Shown here: positions 1 to 8,240 of the stretch, one piece after another
Numbering within the stretch: the first letter of the stretch is position 1
Layout of the letters: each line of letters begins with the position of its first letter
The notes under the pieces: generated by a model
Told to the model about the DNA's origin: nothing
The model's database searches: none
The model's input: the letters and a program-made list of their open reading frames with translations, nothing else
Assembly (NCBI GenBank): GCA_025839675.1
Contig: CP104013.1
Location: 5,400,001 to 5,432,000 of the forward strand
From: Candidatus Lokiarchaeum ossiferum
Lineage (GTDB): Archaea; Asgardarchaeota; Lokiarchaeia; Sigyniarchaeales; Promethearchaeaceae
Direction: 5' to 3'
Length of the DNA: 32,000 bases
Translations under genes and position numbers: made by a program

Positions 1-324
1 CCAATCTTCAATGAAATTTGGGGGGTATAAATTTTTAAATATTTGAACTATTTCGTGCATAGATTCTTTCATTGCTTTATTATTTTCTACTTTGATACCT
101 TTACCTATGATTAAGAGGTTATATGCTTGTACATGCTTTAATAATATAATTTCATCCCCAAATTCGATGCAATTCAATTCCTTTTTAGATAAATTTTTCC
201 CAAATTGATTAAGTGCACTAAAAAAACCTGCAAATAAATTTGGATCGCTATTTTGTTCTAGAGAGTAATTATAAATACATTTTCCCGAAGCATCAACTAT
301 CCATATTTCTGAAATGTCCACCAT
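1..324 (-). CDS. Longin/roadblock-like small regulatory-domain protein, paralog 1 (3' end cut by window edge)
   Basis: The minus-strand frame is open from ATG at 322-324 to position 1 (108 codons, hand-translated, no stops): MVDISEIWIVDASGKCIYNYSLEQNSDPNLFAGFFSALNQFGKNLSKKELNCIEFGDEIILLKHVQAYNLLIIGKGIKVENNKAMKESMHEIVQIFKNLYPPNFIEDW. It is absent from the ORF track because it runs off the window. It shares a motif order with ORFs 5177-5566 and 6464-7024: WIxD..G, then LFxGf..A...f, then I.F.d..I, then hydrophobic-G, then a helix. Confidence 0.6.
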   Translation of the reverse strand, partial: MVDISEIWIVDASGKCIYNYSLEQNSDPNLFAGFFSALNQFGKNLSKKELNCIEFGDEIILLKHVQAYNLLIIGKGIKVENNKAMKESMHEIVQIFKNLYPPNFIEDW

Positions 325-519
325 TCTACATCAATGTTGCTCTTATATGAAATTCATTATCAAAATTAATGGATCTCTGAATAAATATTGTTCACTTGTA
401 CCTTAAAATATTTCATGTTATTCCCGTGAATTTTACGAAATTAGGAATAATGTCTTAATCAGCAAAATTTACTAATTAGATTCTTAAAATTTAATTAGGA
501 TTCATGCAAACTAATATTC

Positions 520-1104
520 ATGCCCTTTACACCTTTTCATTTTGGAATCGCCCTTCCATGTATCTTTTGGGATTGGAAAAAGAAACGGGTCGATGCAATT
601 TCAGCATTAATAGGTACGGTTATTATTGATATTAGGGCAACGTATCTATTTCTTTTTGTTCCTTCAAACCGCCATTATCATGGCATTCTTCATAATTTTT
701 TGGTAGCCTTGATTCTTGGGATTTTGGTTGGGCTTTTTGTTCACGCAACCCGTAAATTTTGGAATAAAATTCTCAAATTAGGGAAATGGGAACAAACCAC
801 CTCTTTATTTTCTAAAATCCTTGTAGCCTGTATTTTTACTACAAGCCATATTCTTTTGGATTCTGCGATCTATTACTATGATCCAAATTGGGAATACTCA
901 ATGGAACCTTTATTACCTTTTGCTTCTGGTAATCCTCTCTATGGGTGGTTGGGATCAGTACAACCGACAAATCTCTGTATTTATGGATTTTTAATTGGTA
1001 TTGGTATGTATATCGGGTATTTATTTTGGTTTAATGGCTCACAAAAGATGATATCAAAGGATGTTGATGAAATTTTGGATTCTTTTGAAGATGAAGCAAA
1101 TTGA
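520..1104 (+). CDS. Integral membrane protein, DUF4184-like
   Basis: 194-aa ORF. The N-terminal MPFTPFHFG motif resembles DUF4184/YdjM-type membrane proteins (recalled family knowledge). It has several hydrophobic helices (LVALILGILVGLFV, LCIYGFLIGIGMYIGYLFWF). Confidence 0.55.
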   Translation: MPFTPFHFGIALPCIFWDWKKKRVDAISALIGTVIIDIRATYLFLFVPSNRHYHGILHNFLVALILGILVGLFVHATRKFWNKILKLGKWEQTTSLFSKILVACIFTTSHILLDSAIYYYDPNWEYSMEPLLPFASGNPLYGWLGSVQPTNLCIYGFLIGIGMYIGYLFWFNGSQKMISKDVDEILDSFEDEAN

Positions 1105-1225
1105 ATCTTCAAGATCAACTTTTTTATCTTTATATTATACTTCAACTAATTCTGAAGGCTTAGTTTAAAGCGATGACAAGTCCCGAATCGAAAGGTATAA
1201 TAAAGGACTTCACTATGAATTAACT

Positions 1226-1951
1226 ATGTTTCATAATCCCGATATTCACAATACGGAAGCGCCAAAAAAAGAAGAGGTAAATAAAGTTTTGGGGGATAAT
1301 GGCGACAGAATCCGGTTATCCAGTCCAATTGGTCAAGAATTGTTTACATGTCTATTTTGCACATTTCTTATGGGGATTATTTTCAATATTTTGCGATATT
1401 TTCTTCTAGGGCTTATCAGTCTTATGGTCATTTATCAACTCCTTTCAAAAACACGAATCGACGGCCAAAAGGTGCTGCTATATATGATCCAACATTCGCT
1501 ATTTTCGCCGTTCCATAAGTATATTTTGAGTAAGCATTATTTCATTATTTCAAATGGTGTGGTAGTCCAAAAATCACTTTCCCAGTACCAAAAAGAAAAC
1601 CAACCATTTTTGGTGGCCTTCATAAAATATCTGGCGAATCATCCGAAATATTTGGACCAGTTTGGGAATACTGCGCAAAAGCTCATAGTAGCGGCCAAAA
1701 ACGAGAATTATACTATTACAAGAATAAATGCACTAATGGACTATTATAGTCTGACCACCGAAGAATTGATTGATCAATATATTACCACTAAGCAAATCCT
1801 TGATCATCTCCAGCAGCGAATATTTATAGAAGCTGATGTAACTGATCGAGAAAAGTTGTACCGAGAATTAAATGCATCAGATCCACTATTATTAGCCTTT
1901 GAAAAATATCATAATATTGAGCTTAAAAGTGGGCTTGATATTATGAAATAA
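1226..1951 (+). CDS. Hypothetical membrane protein
   Basis: 241-aa ORF with two adjacent hydrophobic helices (LFTCLFCTFLMGIIFNIL, FLLGLISLMVIYQLL). The soluble C-terminal part carries no motif I recognise. Confidence 0.5.
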   Translation: MFHNPDIHNTEAPKKEEVNKVLGDNGDRIRLSSPIGQELFTCLFCTFLMGIIFNILRYFLLGLISLMVIYQLLSKTRIDGQKVLLYMIQHSLFSPFHKYILSKHYFIISNGVVVQKSLSQYQKENQPFLVAFIKYLANHPKYLDQFGNTAQKLIVAAKNENYTITRINALMDYYSLTTEELIDQYITTKQILDHLQQRIFIEADVTDREKLYRELNASDPLLLAFEKYHNIELKSGLDIMK

Positions 1952-2086
1952 ATGTGTTTCATTTGTAAAGAGGAATTATGGAGAAAAACGATCAAAAATA
2001 TGGGATTAATGATCGAAATCAGAAACTTTAAATAATATTCATTGCTTTCCGAATACATATTCACATAAAAACAGGTGATACTAACT

Positions 2087-2248
2087 ATGACTTGGATGAT
2101 AGATGAAGGATGTTATGGATGCGGACGCTGTACTTTTTGTAATGGAATAGAGATGGTAGGTAGCGTTGCTCAAATTGTTGATCAATCTGCGAATTGCATT
2201 GATAACGTGGCACAAATGTGCCCTGCTGGTATAATACACCAAATTTAA
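2087..2248 (+). CDS. Small [4Fe-4S] ferredoxin-like protein (53 aa), below the ORF-track size cut-off
   Basis: Hand translation gives MTWMIDEGCYGCGRCTFCNGIEMVGSVAQIVDQSANCIDNVAQMCPAGIIHQI. It has a C-x2-C-x2-C-x2-C cluster plus a distal C...CP. A GGTGA Shine-Dalgarno-like box at 2074-2078 lies 8 nt before the ATG. The stop is 18 nt upstream of the next gene. Confidence 0.55.
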   Translation: MTWMIDEGCYGCGRCTFCNGIEMVGSVAQIVDQSANCIDNVAQMCPAGIIHQI

Positions 2249-2266
2249 TTTGAGAGATACATAAAA

Positions 2267-2680
2267 ATGGACTCTAATTTTGGAAACATTAAATTTGCTG
2301 TTGGAACTGATGATAAACTAACTTATTCTGCCGATCATTTCGGTTCGGCGCAATTTTTTTTGATTTACACGCTAAATCTCCAAACTAAGGAGATAAAATT
2401 GCAAAAAACGATTGTGAATAAAACACCAGAGGAACATCGCCATGGTGATCCCCAAAAAGCCCTAAGTATATCTACACTCCTGCAAGGTATTCCAGTTTTG
2501 ATCGGAAGATACATGGGGAAAAATATCACTCGGATTCGGAAGAAATTTATTCCGATTATTGCATCGTTTGATTTAATTGACAAGTCCTTGGTAATTTTGC
2601 CCGATATAATTCCTGAAATTAGATCTGAATTGGAAAAACCTGGTGGGATACCAAAAAAAATCATCCATTTACGCTCTTAG
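2267..2680 (+). CDS. NifX/NifB-C-terminal-like (dinitrogenase FeMo-cofactor-binding domain family) protein
   Basis: 137-aa ORF. The N-terminus KFAVGTDDKLTYSADHFGSAQFFLIY matches the characteristic (K/R)IA(V/I)....G..v..HFG.a..F.iy signature of the PF02579-type domain (recalled). It sits next to a mini-ferredoxin, as is common for this family. Confidence 0.7.
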   Translation: MDSNFGNIKFAVGTDDKLTYSADHFGSAQFFLIYTLNLQTKEIKLQKTIVNKTPEEHRHGDPQKALSISTLLQGIPVLIGRYMGKNITRIRKKFIPIIASFDLIDKSLVILPDIIPEIRSELEKPGGIPKKIIHLRS

Positions 2681-3054
2681 ATCGGAAGATATGTGCTAAA
2701 ATTAATCAGATGGGATGGGCATTGTCAATTTCTTTTTTTAAATATTTGATATTCTTTGTAAAAGAAGATTAAAGTCTTGATTGTGATTATCACAATAACA
2801 TTAAATCCCAAAAGGCTGATTGAAAAGCGTTTCTTAGATGTAGGAATTTCTTGATGTCATGCGAAATCCAAAGAACAAACTAAATTGAAGACGCTAAGAT
2901 CTATTTTTTTTTTATATCCACTCATTTTCATTTCCTCATTGAATAAAACTTTTGTTTTTTGACCAATTAAAGAGTCACACTCTGAAAAATGATGGACCTT
3001 TGAGATCCTTCTTAACTAACAAATTTCATATTTCCCAGAAGATAATAAAAGAAT

Positions 3055-3303
3055 ATGGACAGTATTAGGGAGATAATTATAGATTTAGCTTTAAGGAATC
3101 ACATTTCTTTGAGTGAAGAAGCAATCATAGCTATAGAAAACATCCCAGAATTGAAATTTAAAGAAAAAAACTGGTTTGATATTTTAGAAGCTATCATAAT
3201 AGAAATGAAATATCATTTGGCGATTGTAGAACGAAACATTGCTCAAGCGGTAGATATAAAAAATGTTTGTGAGTCAATCGGAGTTGGATTTTCAAAAGAA
3301 TAA
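3055..3303 (+). CDS. Hypothetical small helical protein
   Basis: 82-aa ORF, convergent with the GTPase gene (stops 17 nt apart). I recognise no motif. Confidence 0.4.
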   Translation: MDSIREIIIDLALRNHISLSEEAIIAIENIPELKFKEKNWFDILEAIIIEMKYHLAIVERNIAQAVDIKNVCESIGVGFSKE

Positions 3304-3320
3304 AGAAATGAAAAAATAGC

Positions 3321-3950
3321 TTAAATCTCGCCTTTCGGACCTGTGGTCTGTCCGCCCGATTGTAAGCGCATATAATGCCGTAGAACGGCTTCTCGTGCTG
3401 CAAACACAAACGCTCGCTTCACATTCACACCCGTAATGGCGATTGTCTCATAGATCAAAACATTGCTCAATTTGGCTGCATTTAACACTTCACGAATCTT
3501 GTCGATCGGTGTCGGGTTGGGCACATCTCGTTTGTTTGCCATGAGTACTAATGGGACTTCAGCATTACCATCCGCTCCCGCCATCACCTTTGGGCCATAA
3601 AACTTTAGCAGTTCTTTAAGTGAATACAAGTTTTCTTCCCATTGATCCGCAGAAGAGTCCCAAGTAAAAATGACCGCATCAGAGCCTTTCAAGACTGTTT
3701 TACGTTGATATTTGTGGCGTCGTTGACCGGCGACGGTGTAACATTGGAAGACAACATTCGAAACCCGTGCCACAACACGATCAAAGAATAAGGTTCTTCC
3801 TGTAGGATCGGTGATTGATTGTAATTTGCCGCTAGCTAGCCCTTCCTTCTCGTAAATCCATCCTAAAGCGCATGTCTTCCCTCCCATCGAGGGCCCCCAG
3901 AACACGATCTTAAAGACTAAAGTATTATCCGCTCTTCTACTTGGACACAT
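3321..3950 (-). CDS. mglA: MglA-type Ras-superfamily small GTPase
   Basis: 209-aa ORF. Motifs: P-loop GPSMGGKT (G1), RTLFFD (switch I), YTVAGQ (G3 in the MglA-style T-V-x-G-Q form rather than DxxGQ), NKRD (G4). By eye it is collinear with Myxococcus MglA blocks recalled from memory (KIVYYGPGLCGKTTNL / RTLFFDF / LYTVPGQ / LKGVDGVVFV / NKRDLPN / TGVGV). The CDS is much more G+C-rich than its flanks. Confidence 0.9.
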   Translation of the reverse strand: MCPSRRADNTLVFKIVFWGPSMGGKTCALGWIYEKEGLASGKLQSITDPTGRTLFFDRVVARVSNVVFQCYTVAGQRRHKYQRKTVLKGSDAVIFTWDSSADQWEENLYSLKELLKFYGPKVMAGADGNAEVPLVLMANKRDVPNPTPIDKIREVLNAAKLSNVLIYETIAITGVNVKRAFVFAAREAVLRHYMRLQSGGQTTGPKGEI

Positions 3951-4596
3951 GGTTTTTTCTTCCTAGATAAATTGTTAAACTTTGTATAATAACAAAGTAG
4001 GTTTATAGTAATTATTAGTCTTTTGTTGCTTAAATGTTTTAATTTCGGATCAAGCGAAGTGGTCTGAAAAGGGCGAGGGGGAACGACAAAAATGCAAAAA
4101 AACAAGAATAAAGCAGAAAGAAAAAATGGTAAATGTGAAGATCTATGGTGGTAAGCGTTAGAATGGGGTATGATAAGGACATATTGGAGAATCAGAGATT
4201 CGAATATGTTGAATAAATATTTAATTTGAATGGGATCTTTTCTATGGGAAAATAAAGGGTGGAAATGAATTCCAATAGGATTACTACTTATTAGGCTCGG
4301 AAGAAAATAGGGCTTAGATTAATCCTTTTTTTTGGGAAAAAACGATGAAATTATAATACGAGGTGTTAAATTGGCGTCTTTTCATTAGTAAGAGAGAAAT
4401 TGGTTGTTTGGGTAAAAAAAATGGAACATATGGCAAAATGTGATTGCGGGTCGGAATTAATTGCCGATTCATTTTCCCAGCTAAAGAAAGCAGTGAATGA
4501 GCACGAGCGGAATTTTCATTGAATCAAACCAACAAACTATCTTTTTGAGATACATTTTTTCTCTTATTTATAATAGAAACTTTTTGATGAAATAGA

Positions 4597-4986
4597 CTAT
4601 TGGACCTTGATGACTTCCTTGTTGTCATTTACTTTATACAGTCCTTTCTGGGAATCCAAAACAACATATTGATGGTGCCAAGGATCTTGAAGAACGGCAC
4701 ATTTTCCAATATCAATATCAAAGGGGCCTGAGAGAATTGTTCCTCCAATGGTCGCGAAGTATTCGACAAATTTTTCAACATCATCGACTTTAAAATCGAG
4801 TTCAATTCCAGCTAAATCCGTATCCTCAGTGTATAGCACAATTTCAGACACATCTTTTTGCAATTTCAAGGCAACTGCAGTATTTGTTTTCCATAGGATG
4901 TCAAGTCCCAGTTTATGATGGTAGAAATCTAAACCATCTTGTAAATTGGGAACTTTTAGCCTAATACAATCTACTTTAGTAAACAT
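4597..4986 (-). CDS. VOC/glyoxalase-family protein
   Basis: 129-aa ORF. The N-terminus (IRLKVPNLQDGLDFYHHKLGLDILW) and the C-terminal half (GGTILSGPFDIDIGKCAVLQDPWHHQYVVL) fit the paired beta-alpha-beta-beta-beta VOC fold pattern. Confidence 0.7.
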   Translation of the reverse strand: MFTKVDCIRLKVPNLQDGLDFYHHKLGLDILWKTNTAVALKLQKDVSEIVLYTEDTDLAGIELDFKVDDVEKFVEYFATIGGTILSGPFDIDIGKCAVLQDPWHHQYVVLDSQKGLYKVNDNKEVIKVQ

Positions 4987-5176
4987 AGTTATTTGAAGGT
5001 AAAATTGGATATTTGTATTTTTCGATAATTTACAATCCCATGGAAGAAAACTTTTGCGTCAGGACCAACACCAGATCCTCCCTCATATAATCTCTTACAA
5101 AATTCATTTGATATTAGTCAAAAAGTAAAGCAAATCAATCAAACGAAATTCACGACGGTAGAGTGGGATTTTGAAG

Positions 5177-5566
5177 TTAAAAATATAATTTTTCGGTAAT
5201 TTCCTTGAAATAGTTAAAGATCGTCTGATCTCCAGCCCAACAATTAAGAATTTCTGCAAACTCCATAATGAATGCGTCTCGAATTTTGAATAAAATCTTT
5301 CGCACATTGAGATCTTTTTCTTTAATTTTTACTCTTCCCACGACAAAAAATTTGACTGGATCTTTAACTGGGACGATGATGATCTTAGAATCTTTCATTT
5401 TAATGGCATCAATGGCTTCTGCAGCCAAAGTTTCTACGGCAGTTAGAATTCCTGAAAAAAGAACGGGACTTACTTGTTGTCGGGAACTTATTTTGTCACT
5501 TTTTACGTGGACCAGAGCAAGTCCTGCTCGATCAATGATCCATAATTCCCATAATTTCGTTGCCAT
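5177..5566 (-). CDS. Longin/roadblock-like small regulatory-domain protein, paralog 2
   Basis: 129-aa ORF. LWELWIIDRAGLALVHV ... PVLFSGILTAVETLAAEA ... IDAIKMKDSKIIIV ... FFVVGRV ... then a C-terminal helix and W.GD..IF..F. This is the same motif order as 1-324 and 6464-7024. The predicted beta-beta-alpha-beta-beta-beta-alpha order fits a longin-type fold. Confidence 0.6.
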   Translation of the reverse strand: MATKLWELWIIDRAGLALVHVKSDKISSRQQVSPVLFSGILTAVETLAAEAIDAIKMKDSKIIIVPVKDPVKFFVVGRVKIKEKDLNVRKILFKIRDAFIMEFAEILNCWAGDQTIFNYFKEITEKLYF

Positions 5567-5687
5567 TTGCCTACCCCTTGGTTCTATTGTGTTCTACTTA
5601 ATTACTTGTTAGATAAGAAGAAAAATTAAAGATTTTTGGAGTTCTTTTAATCTCCTTAGTAATATTTGGATTTTGAATAATTTCTGG

Positions 5688-6140
5688 TTACTCTTCTGGT
5701 TCTATATTAATAATGCTCACTTCTTCGACGCGAGGGACTTTTAAAAACTCTTCTTTGATCCGGTCAATGGTAACTTTTCGAGTTTTAATGAGAGTACTAT
5801 CCAAATATGTTTCATAAAAACAATTGATTGATTCAAAACAGAGCCCTGTGGTGTGAATAGTTCCATCACCCAAATTAAAATTCTTCAATACATCCGAGAT
5901 TCCTTTTACTAAATCTGGAGAAAATTCTTTTAATCGGATGAGAATCTTTTGAATTGATGAATTTTCACAAGGGAACACTGAAATTTTAATTATATCATCC
6001 GCTGGGATATAAATCATCAAATAATATGGCGTAGACTTAATATGTGATTGAACTTTGCTGGGGATAAAGCCTGATGACTCAAACTTCGCCTTCGTAATTA
6101 ATTTACCAAATGAGATTTGTTTTTTTTCTGATACACCCAT
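5688..6140 (-). CDS. Hypothetical protein (possible ACT-like ligand-binding fold)
   Basis: 150-aa ORF upstream of, and on the same strand as, longin-like paralog 2. The segment SPDLVKGISDVLKNFNLGDGTIHTTG resembles the ACT-domain beta-alpha-beta core. This call is weak and pattern-based only. Confidence 0.45.
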   Translation of the reverse strand: MGVSEKKQISFGKLITKAKFESSGFIPSKVQSHIKSTPYYLMIYIPADDIIKISVFPCENSSIQKILIRLKEFSPDLVKGISDVLKNFNLGDGTIHTTGLCFESINCFYETYLDSTLIKTRKVTIDRIKEEFLKVPRVEEVSIINIEPEE

Positions 6141-6463
6141 ACGCGTATTCTCCTCGAGGAACCTAATTACTAATTGGGTAAAAGGCTATAAAAAATTTCG
6201 TAAATAGAGTTCAAATTATTCGGTGTATTTGGATAGGTTTTTTTTTATCCAATTGGAAAAAGAATTTCATCATTCAGTTCTGGCAAAGAATTGAAAAAAT
6301 TTATCAGAAAAAAGTTAAAGTAAACTAAAATGTTCATGAAATCAAAAAAAATCACTTGATGAAAGGTAATCATTGTTAATTCCATATATTATCGTGATAT
6401 TCTCGCCATGATAAGATACTTAAAATCAACAAGAAAAAGGAAATAAGGTAAGGAAGAAAACAT

Positions 6464-7024
6464 ATGAGGTCCACAAAAACAATTCCTTTCCATGCAATTT
6501 TTCTTATTGATAGCCGGAGTGGTTGTGATCTAATTAGTCAGAATTATTCTCAAAATATTTTTGATGTAGATATCATCTCTGGCATGTTAAAAGCGCTTGA
6601 AATGTTTGTAAGTCATTTGGCGTATTCTCAAAATTATGAACAATTGCAAGAAATTAATTTTCAAGGACTGCGAATTGTATATGAACGCTTAGGTCCTGTT
6701 TCTAGCTCGGTTCTTTGTGTAGGTATTTCCAAGAAAGAAGAAAACTTAGAATTGGAACACTTAATATTGAAAAATATTTTGGTTGAATTTTATTCGGCTT
6801 ATCATCCCTTCTTAACCGAATTTCATGGCGATGTTGTACCCTTTAGATCATTTAAAAAGCGTTTATTGCAATATCGGTTTGAATGGAATAATCTTTTAAC
6901 TCATTCTTCTCCGTCTATTGAAAATATGATTGAACAAATGTCTATGGAAATGTATAGAACCCCTCAAGTTGTTCGGTCTCCATCTTTTCCCAAATTCCAT
7001 GGATTTCAGAAAATAGTTGATTAA
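6464..7024 (+). CDS. Longin/roadblock-like small regulatory-domain protein, paralog 3 (with C-terminal extension)
   Basis: 186-aa ORF. HAIFLIDSRSGCDLISQNY ... DIISGMLKALEMFVSHL ... LQEINFQGLRIVYERL ... VLCVGISK ... LEHLILKNILVEFYSAY. This is the same motif order as the other two paralogs. Confidence 0.6.
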   Translation: MRSTKTIPFHAIFLIDSRSGCDLISQNYSQNIFDVDIISGMLKALEMFVSHLAYSQNYEQLQEINFQGLRIVYERLGPVSSSVLCVGISKKEENLELEHLILKNILVEFYSAYHPFLTEFHGDVVPFRSFKKRLLQYRFEWNNLLTHSSPSIENMIEQMSMEMYRTPQVVRSPSFPKFHGFQKIVD

Positions 7025-7105
7025 ATTCACCTTTGCGGTATTGGTCATTATTTGAAGGGAATTCAATTCTTCAATCTTTTTATATCTTCTCTCTAATATT
7101 TATTC

Positions 7106-8200
7106 ATGCTTATAATTTGTCCCATTGCTGGAGTTGGATCTTTTTTACAGCCCTTTACAGTATCAAAACCAAAAGCAATGATAAAAATTGCCGGTAAACG
7201 CATAATTGATCATACTCTCCAATTACTGAAGGACAATTTTCCTCCAGAAACTAAAATATGTTTCATTGTGGGTTATAAAAAACGAATTATAATTGAATAC
7301 ATTTCTGAACATTACGGGGAATATTTTAATCTTATATTTGAAGAGCAAAATCCAATAGCATATGATGGTGATATTCCACTATTTGCGGGGATCGGGGATG
7401 CCATTCGCTTAGCTGGGAAATATGGTAGAGGGGATGATTGTTTTATTTTTTTTAGCGATCATTTTCCAACTGAAGATTTCCTTCCTATGATTAAGATGCT
7501 TGAAAACACCAAGTTTGATGGAGTTGTAAATGTTCGGGAAGTAGAAAATCCTCAACAATATGGAGTGTGTGAAGTTGATTCAAATAATACAATTACTCGA
7601 GTTGTTGAAAAACCGACAAACCCGAAGTCTAATCTCGCAATCACTTGGGGGTATGTATTTAGCAAGCGAATAACGCATCAGATATTCGATAATCTTGATA
7701 AATTGGTCCATGATAACTTTAATCTTCAAAAAAATATTGATTTTACGGGAACTATACAATGTCTTATCAATTCAGGGGCAAAAATAGGTGTGAATGTGAT
7801 GAAATCACCCATTCTCGATTTTGGACAGATAGATGATTTCCTCCGCGGAAATAATTTTCTCTTGAACCAACAATTGAAAACAAGGACTGATAAGGGTGAA
7901 AATATATATGAAACTATGCTTCGGTCCAACGAACTTCAAAACACCTCCATTATACCTCCAGTTTTCCTTGGAAAAAATTGCAACCTCACAAATTCGGTCA
8001 TTGGACCGAATGTTTCTATTGGGGATAACACGGTGATAACAAAGTGTATTATTTCGAATTCTGTTATTGGGGACTGCACATCTATGGAAAATATCATCAC
8101 TGAATCTTCGGTTATTGGAGATTTTGTGAGCATGGAAGATTTAATTAAGAATTCTATCTCCATTGGTGATTCTTCCAGCATTATGAAAACTTTAGATTAA
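7106..8200 (+). CDS. Sugar-phosphate nucleotidyltransferase with C-terminal left-handed beta-helix (hexapeptide-repeat) domain
   Basis: 364-aa ORF. The N-terminus PIAGVGSFLQPFTVSKPKAMIKIAGKRIIDH aligns to the GxGTRLxPLT..xPKPM..i.gkp signature. The C-terminus carries repeated [LIV]-G-x4 hexapeptides (VIGPNVSIGDNTVITKCIISNSVIGDCTSMENIITESSVIGDFVSMEDLIKNSISIGD). Confidence 0.8.
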   Translation: MLIICPIAGVGSFLQPFTVSKPKAMIKIAGKRIIDHTLQLLKDNFPPETKICFIVGYKKRIIIEYISEHYGEYFNLIFEEQNPIAYDGDIPLFAGIGDAIRLAGKYGRGDDCFIFFSDHFPTEDFLPMIKMLENTKFDGVVNVREVENPQQYGVCEVDSNNTITRVVEKPTNPKSNLAITWGYVFSKRITHQIFDNLDKLVHDNFNLQKNIDFTGTIQCLINSGAKIGVNVMKSPILDFGQIDDFLRGNNFLLNQQLKTRTDKGENIYETMLRSNELQNTSIIPPVFLGKNCNLTNSVIGPNVSIGDNTVITKCIISNSVIGDCTSMENIITESSVIGDFVSMEDLIKNSISIGDSSSIMKTLD

Positions 8201-8240
8201 TCCATATTTTTTTACTCCTTCCTTCATTAGCTAAAGCATA

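Noticed and set aside
2781-2795. A perfect 7-bp inverted repeat TTGTGAT-T-ATCACAA in the 2681-3054 spacer.
   Set aside because: It is a single copy, and short AT-rich palindromes are expected by chance at this base composition. There is no adjacent regulator gene to tie it to.
4140-4215. A T-loop-like GATTCGAAT motif (4197-4205) suggesting a tRNA.
   Set aside because: The flanks cannot form a T-stem, acceptor stem or D-arm, so there is no cloverleaf.
4421-4522. A 33-codon ORF (MEHMAKCDCGSELIADSF...).
   Set aside because: It has no convincing ribosome-binding site or recognisable motif, so it is too short to call. It is kept only as a note inside the ORF-poor-gap finding.
4585-4660. Two TGATGA boxes (4585-4590 and 4608-4613) suggesting a C/D box sRNA.
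   Set aside because: There is no properly spaced CTGA D/D' box and no terminal stem. The region is mostly the 3' end of the VOC gene on the opposite strand.
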